Below, piece by piece: positions 58,762 to 64,000 of a DNA stretch of 64,000 nt. The translations under genes were made by a program, and so were the position numbers. Location: contig CBFDEM010000036.1 of the NCBI GenBank assembly GCA_965603825.1, forward strand, positions 620,001 to 684,000, written 5' to 3'. The DNA is from Blepharisma stoltei ATCC 30299. Lineage: Eukaryota; Protista; Ciliophora. The notes below the pieces were generated by a model that made no database searches, had not been told where the DNA came from, and was given only the letters and a program-made list of their open reading frames with translations. Each line of letters starts with the position of its first letter. Within the stretch, counting starts at the first letter, position 1.

Positions 58762-59415
58762 CTATTTGCAGCACCCGCCTGATTTGGGTTGATTTTTTCG
58801 CCTCTCGGAAGTTGCTAATAAAAAGCTTTTTCTTGACTTTTGTATAAAATTCGGGATGATATCCATGCTTTCAATAACTTTTGTGGAAATATAATCAAAC
58901 ATCTGGGCAACCCCATCTCCGGTTTTAGCAGAAATTTCAAAATATCTTACTCCAAATTTGGCTGCATACTCTAAACCTTCTTCTTCACTTACGACTCTTA
59001 AGTTTGTCATATCAATTTTGTTGCCTCCTATAGCTATCACGGTATTTGGTGAGGCATATTGGCAGACGTCTTCTAGCCATCCTGTTACTTTCTCAAAAGA
59101 ATCACGGTTTGTAACATCATACACTAATGCTACACCATGGGCGCCTTTAAAATAGTTCCTGGAAAGCTTCCTGAACCGTTCCTGCCCTGCTGTATCCCAC
59201 AAGTTCACACGTATTTGTTTGTTGTTGATGTTCAGAACCTTGGCTTTGCATTCAACTCCGATAGTGCTGATGTATTTGTGAGAAAAACAATTGACCTAAG
59301 TAAAGGATACGGAATAGCGGAGTATCACACTGGTCTTACCTGCACCAGATTCACCGATAGTAAGGATTTTTATAAAGTATTCTCTATTTAGAGCTTACAT
59401 CTCATTGTCTTCCAT
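58762..59415 (-). CDS. Rab GTPase
   Basis: GESGAGKT, STIGVE, WDTAGQERF, GNKID, EISAK and C-terminal GGCCK. 15-nt introns at 59384-59398 and 59296-59310. Confidence 0.93.
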
Positions 59416-59504
59416 GTTATCTAAATATACATTTTAAATTTTTACTCTAACTAAAGATTTGAGGCAATAAAAGTGATTGTTTATTATAAAATCTATAACA
59501 GTTA

Positions 59505-60782
59505 TTAGGTGTTAAGCTCGTCCTCATCAGGGAACTCATCACCAAATGTATCATTGCTTGAAGATTTATCTAGGGTTATGGTGAAATTTGGCACAATTTG
59601 CTTCTCGATGCTACTTTGTTTGTTTTTTAAGATCCCAGGACTTCCAAAAATGCTAGTTTTTGGCGAGGAACTTTGTGATGAGTTTTGGTTTCTCTTCAAT
59701 GTAGAAAAATCATTTTTGGTATTATTTACCACAACATCAGGGAATTTTACTGTCTTTTTATTTTGGATTGATTTAGTGCTACTTGTTAAGGGTTTAGGAA
59801 TTTGATTGAAAACGCTTAAGCCTTTATGAATGGCTTGAGCATAGATAGAAGAAGTTTTTGGTGGCTCTGAATTAGGTTGGTTAGTTTGATGGTGACTAGC
59901 TTCTCTTCTATCTTTTATAGTTTTAATTGGTCTAGCAAAAGCCATTTCCTTTGTGTTTTTAATTAAATTTATTGTTTTCTGAGGTGCAGATGATAAAACT
60001 GTTTTTGGGAGGACAATTTTGGGAGTTTTTTTCAGCATAGTTTCTTCCTGCATAAAAGTGTTGATCTTTAGGTCAACATTTTTAGCTTGTGAGTCCTCTT
60101 CAACTTGCTGGCTATTTTCTAGAGAAGTCCTGCTTTCTAGATCTCTGATTTTCAATAAAGAGGTTATATATTTTCTATTTAATTCTGCATTGGTTTTATC
60201 TAGCTCTTCAACTTTTTTATGCAATTTTTTATTTTCTTCATCAGTTAAACTTGCATGCCTCTGTGCTTTCTCTTTTTCCTTATGAGCATTTTCCAACTCT
60301 TGCTGAAGATCGAAAAGCTGGCTTTTATTTAAACTCGAACGTGGCTCTTGGCTTTGAGTTTCTCTTTTCATATCAGCTCTGAGCTGCAGTGATTTCGCTT
60401 CACGGTATTTTTCTTCGAAAATTTGTTTCATCCTAAGTGCATATTCCAGCTCAATTTTGATATCAGATTGATCTTGATTGTGATTGACTTGAAGTTTCAG
60501 CTGCCGATTTTCTTCTTCTAATATAGCAATTTTTGTTTCCAGCTCCTTTACTGTTCGGTTTGACGCTGAAATTTCTTCTTTCAAACGCATTTGGGCATGC
60601 TCTTCTGCTCTTTCTAACTTATTTGTGAGATATTGAATTTCCTTATTTTTAGCTTCAAGCTGAGCTTTAAGTTCACTGATTTTGATTTCCATTTGATTTA
60701 CCTGGGCGATGTAGTATTGATTTGTGCGTGATAAAATTTCTTTTTGAATTCGAGGTGGGTCTTCTTTTCTTAGGTGATACAT
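59505..60782 (-). CDS. Coiled-coil protein
   Basis: 425-aa ORF with a heptad-rich N-terminal half. Confidence 0.75.
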   Translation of the reverse strand: MYHLRKEDPPRIQKEILSRTNQYYIAQVNQMEIKISELKAQLEAKNKEIQYLTNKLERAEEHAQMRLKEEISASNRTVKELETKIAILEEENRQLKLQVNHNQDQSDIKIELEYALRMKQIFEEKYREAKSLQLRADMKRETQSQEPRSSLNKSQLFDLQQELENAHKEKEKAQRHASLTDEENKKLHKKVEELDKTNAELNRKYITSLLKIRDLESRTSLENSQQVEEDSQAKNVDLKINTFMQEETMLKKTPKIVLPKTVLSSAPQKTINLIKNTKEMAFARPIKTIKDRREASHHQTNQPNSEPPKTSSIYAQAIHKGLSVFNQIPKPLTSSTKSIQNKKTVKFPDVVVNNTKNDFSTLKRNQNSSQSSSPKTSIFGSPGILKNKQSSIEKQIVPNFTITLDKSSSNDTFGDEFPDEDELNT

Positions 60783-61395
60783 TTAGTAAAATTTGATTTT
60801 ATTTATTTCATTTGCTATTTTTTGCCATTTAATCTATATGATATATTTAATTAAAGTAGGCAATAAATTTGATAAAATTGCATTGAATGCAAGGTTTTGA
60901 GATATGTTTAATTTTTGCATTTCTCTTTGCTACTTTCCTTGAGCACCCTAAATTATAAAAAAATTAGAGAAAATATTTTATGAGCAGTGATTAGACCAAA
61001 ATGAAATTTTAACAAATTCTAGCCCCTCCATTAGCATTTATAAAAAGTTAATACTACCATAAAGAGTTATTTAGGGAATAGCTATTAATTTCATTAAAGA
61101 ATGAGAAAATTAATTCCATTTCGGAAAACTAACAAAAATGAGGTCATTATCTGTGCAATATATGTTAAATTAAGAGTATATGGAATTTCCAGCATTAATA
61201 GCGAATCTTAAGCATTACTTAATTTAATTCAAGGCATCAATAGTGATGATTGCTTAGCACTCAGGTATCGCGGAAATCGAAAACCACTAATTAGAGAATT
61301 TAATATTGAATAGGAAATAATTAATGATTTAAATGATATTAAAAGCATGAAAAATTTTTATAAGAACTTATGTGAAACTTTAAGATAAAATTCAT

Positions 61396-62718
61396 TTAGT
61401 ACTCTTCTTCACTGGAGCTTCCTGCAATTAGTTCATCTAAATTTTCAGTGTTTTCAATATCTTGATATGATAGATTGTTAATATCTTTCATGCTCAGCAC
61501 ATCCTGCTTTCTCCTTTGTGGCTCTTCTATTAAGCTTCTTTCTACTGGTGCTTGTGGAGGTTTTCTTTTCACAATCTTTGTGACTCTTTCTGGACTTTCT
61601 TTTTCTTTGCTGGCTTTTTCTTTCATTTCTTTTTCTTTTCTATACAAAGTTAGTTTTTCTTTAACTTCTTCACTTGGTTTAAATTTATATTTTCTACTAG
61701 GGTCATCAATCGGAATTCTAGGGCCATCGTCTAGGGAGTTGCAAAATGTTTTGCCTATGGGCTTACAATTTTGATGGACATACTTTGAATCCCCACATTT
61801 TATGTATTCATAAAGCATTATTCTTTTTTCGTCTAATCCCAGCCCAGAGCATGGCACCGATAGCAATTTATCATATTCTTTATTAAACAATAATTTTGCA
61901 ATTTCATCCAAAGCAAGCTTAAACCCTTCGAAATTCATATTTTTTTGCAGTTGAGCACAACTTTTGAATATATCAAGCACCAATTTCCTTGTCAAAAACC
62001 TTTTTCCCTCTACTTTTTTATCACTAAACAACCCAAAGCATTTAGCGAAATATAAAAAACTGCCTGAGTCAATAATATCAATACTTTCCCCAATATAATC
62101 AAATGTGGCTGATCTCCCAACCATAAGATGCTGCTTTGAATAAAAGTCAAAAAGATCTTGGATTCCTTTTGCCTCCTGAGGACTAATTTCTTTACGGAAG
62201 CTAAAAGAAATATTGTCATTTGGGTTTCCTTTTATTGTTTCTCTACGCTTATTTAAGATTTCTAAAATATTTTTAATTGTTGCAGCTTCTTCAGGCTCTT
62301 TGAATTGATGAGATAGTTTTTTGAACTCTTTTATTGACTTTAAGATGGTTTCAGCGAAAACTCGCTGGATTTGGATAGATTTGTAGGATTTTAGGCTGTT
62401 AGAAACTGCTAAAACGGCAAAGAGGTTTAGGAATTCTTGGTAGGTTTGGTATTGACTTTCTGGGTGCTGGGCATGGATTAGATTAATAAATGAATTCAAA
62501 AGTGAAGGAAAATCTCCAGAAAAAAGTTCTAAGGCGTCAATGGTTTGCTGGAGTATCTGTTCAGCGTTATCTATTAAATTAACTTGATCTTCGTGGCTTT
62601 GAAAAGATTTGTATATTTTAAACAGTTCTGAATTGTGCTCTTGCATATGAAGAACTAATGGACTTTGTTTTTCAGGTTCTTTTGGTTTTTGCTTTAACTT
62701 CTTCTTTGTTTTTCCCAT
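61396..62718 (-). CDS. Protein with p25-alpha(TPPP)/EF-hand-like segment
   Basis: IDSGSFLYFAKCFGL...LTRKLVLDIFK...MNFEGFKLALDEIA resembles the p25-alpha pattern. Confidence 0.55.
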   Translation of the reverse strand: MGKTKKKLKQKPKEPEKQSPLVLHMQEHNSELFKIYKSFQSHEDQVNLIDNAEQILQQTIDALELFSGDFPSLLNSFINLIHAQHPESQYQTYQEFLNLFAVLAVSNSLKSYKSIQIQRVFAETILKSIKEFKKLSHQFKEPEEAATIKNILEILNKRRETIKGNPNDNISFSFRKEISPQEAKGIQDLFDFYSKQHLMVGRSATFDYIGESIDIIDSGSFLYFAKCFGLFSDKKVEGKRFLTRKLVLDIFKSCAQLQKNMNFEGFKLALDEIAKLLFNKEYDKLLSVPCSGLGLDEKRIMLYEYIKCGDSKYVHQNCKPIGKTFCNSLDDGPRIPIDDPSRKYKFKPSEEVKEKLTLYRKEKEMKEKASKEKESPERVTKIVKRKPPQAPVERSLIEEPQRRKQDVLSMKDINNLSYQDIENTENLDELIAGSSSEEEY

Positions 62719-62902
62719 ATTAAATTTGATAAATTTATTAGGAAAAGCTCATATATTTTAGACATATGAAGAAATATTTTTGATAGCATGCAAAAGTAGC
62801 TTCATTATTAAAGAAAATTAATAAATATTTATAATTTTCCCTCTTATTTATCAATGCATATTATATTTATTTACTTTCTTCTTTTGAAGTATCAGAAATG
62901 TT

Positions 62903-64000
62903 CTAAATAATTCTTACCAAAGTCATAAGCTTCGAGATTTTCGCGATTACTTCTGAAGCAATACTGGAGCTCTCAGTTTCATATAGTTTGGTTTTCCTAT
63001 CATTACCTTCTGTGTACTCGATATAAAAGCAGCTCAGGTTTTTCTCATCTTGCGCCACTTTATGTATGTTTGCAATGGGAATTTCTGGGTGATGTGTAAC
63101 TTGCCTAAACAGCCCGACAAGCTTATTTCTCATAACCGATTTTTCAGCGTTAGTAGCAGCTTTTTGTTTCAAGTTTTTCTTTGCTTCAGATTGTGTCATG
63201 TTGTATAGTCTAAGCTGGTCAATTCCGAGGACTCGAATTTGTCGCTTTCCTCTCTTATTGGTTTTTATGACTGCGTACTCGTGGTAAGCGCAAGCTTGAG
63301 CTTTTGACATAAAATTCATTTCAGGGTCAAATTTCGATTCTTCTTTCAAGCTAGGTGTCATTCTTCTTGCTGTTTGTCTATGCTCATGTGTTGGAGAGTC
63401 CGCAAAACTCTTTTTCCTTAATTTTAGCTCTGTCGTCCCTATTGTCTTGATTTGTAAATTTATATCCACAATGCAATCTTCTTGCTGAAGGGCTTCTTCT
63501 AAGTTCACCCAAATTTTAAACTGATAATCATCAGGGTTCAGATAGCCTGATCCTGGAGTTTTTTCTTGTACCACCTTTAATGCATCTTTTAATGTACTTT
63601 CTGGGTTAGTCAGAATCTTTATAACTTGTCCATCAAAGTCAATTTTCAAATTTATCCCATCGCCTTCTTCAACCGCTTCAGGCTCTTTTACCTCAACTTT
63701 TTTATCCACTACTAAATAGTTTTCTATTGCACAAAACGCTAGTGTCTCTACCCCTAAATCCCTTATTTTTTTCTTTCTATCAATCAGTAAATCAAATTCT
63801 GGCAAATTTGTGTCATCATCCACCATATACAATTCATACGCTTCAGGTACATTTCCATTGGGTAATGGAAACTCGATTTGTTTTCCACATCGGCTGTAGA
63901 GTGAAATAATTTTTGCAATTAATTGTTCACCAGTGGCATTTTTAGGCAAAGTTACTCAGAGATTAGTCTTTGTTGAAAACAAGAAAATATTCATTTGAGT
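62903..64000 (-). CDS. SIN1: SIN1/MAPKAP1-like TORC2 subunit (CRIM, RBD-like, PH); 5' partial
   Basis: CRIM-like YELYMVDDDTNLPEFD; SIN1-PH-like YHEYAVIKTNKRGKRQIRVLGID...SEVIAKI. The frame stays open to the window end through a TGA. Confidence 0.7.

Noticed and set aside
1-64000. Many genes appear to be pseudogenes broken by premature stops
   Set aside because: Every break is either a TGA at a Trp position or a 15/16/41-nt GT-AG intron, and the frames are otherwise intact.
1-64000. TGA as selenocysteine
   Set aside because: TGAs align to conserved Trp rather than Cys positions and occur in most genes.

Overview
This is gene-dense, AT-rich eukaryotic DNA, almost certainly from a heterotrich ciliate of the Blepharisma type. 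TGA reads as Trp inside conserved motifs, only TAA and TAG end genes, and the introns are tiny: 22 are 15 nt and one is 16 nt, all GT..AG with an A six bases from the 3' end. The supplied ORF track is therefore fragmented at every TGA and intron. Re-reading it gives about 40 genes. These include a DHHC palmitoyltransferase, SCOT, ATG8, eIF6, RPL37, a UBA-USP, UNG, ACBP, a class II HDAC, CAMK, CDPK, CLK, DYRK and PKG kinases, a class I-like PI3K, an MKP-like phosphatase, AMSH, a CCDC15-like protein, RPB6, serinc, SGT1, a PNUTS-like protein, a Rab and a SIN1-like protein. Four observations stand out. (1) One acylated protein fuses two complete inositol-polyphosphate kinase domains to a double CDGSH [2Fe-2S] module (2324-4519). 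(2) An intact DD34E IS630/Tc1/mariner transposase has no visible TIRs and is a domestication candidate. (3) A 2106-aa protein is built from three ~495-aa repeats of degenerate thioredoxin-like folds. (4) A lone 41-nt intron splits the PP1-docking motif of the PNUTS-like gene. No rRNA, tRNA, CRISPR or telomeric repeats were recognised. All family calls come from motif recognition by eye, not database searches.
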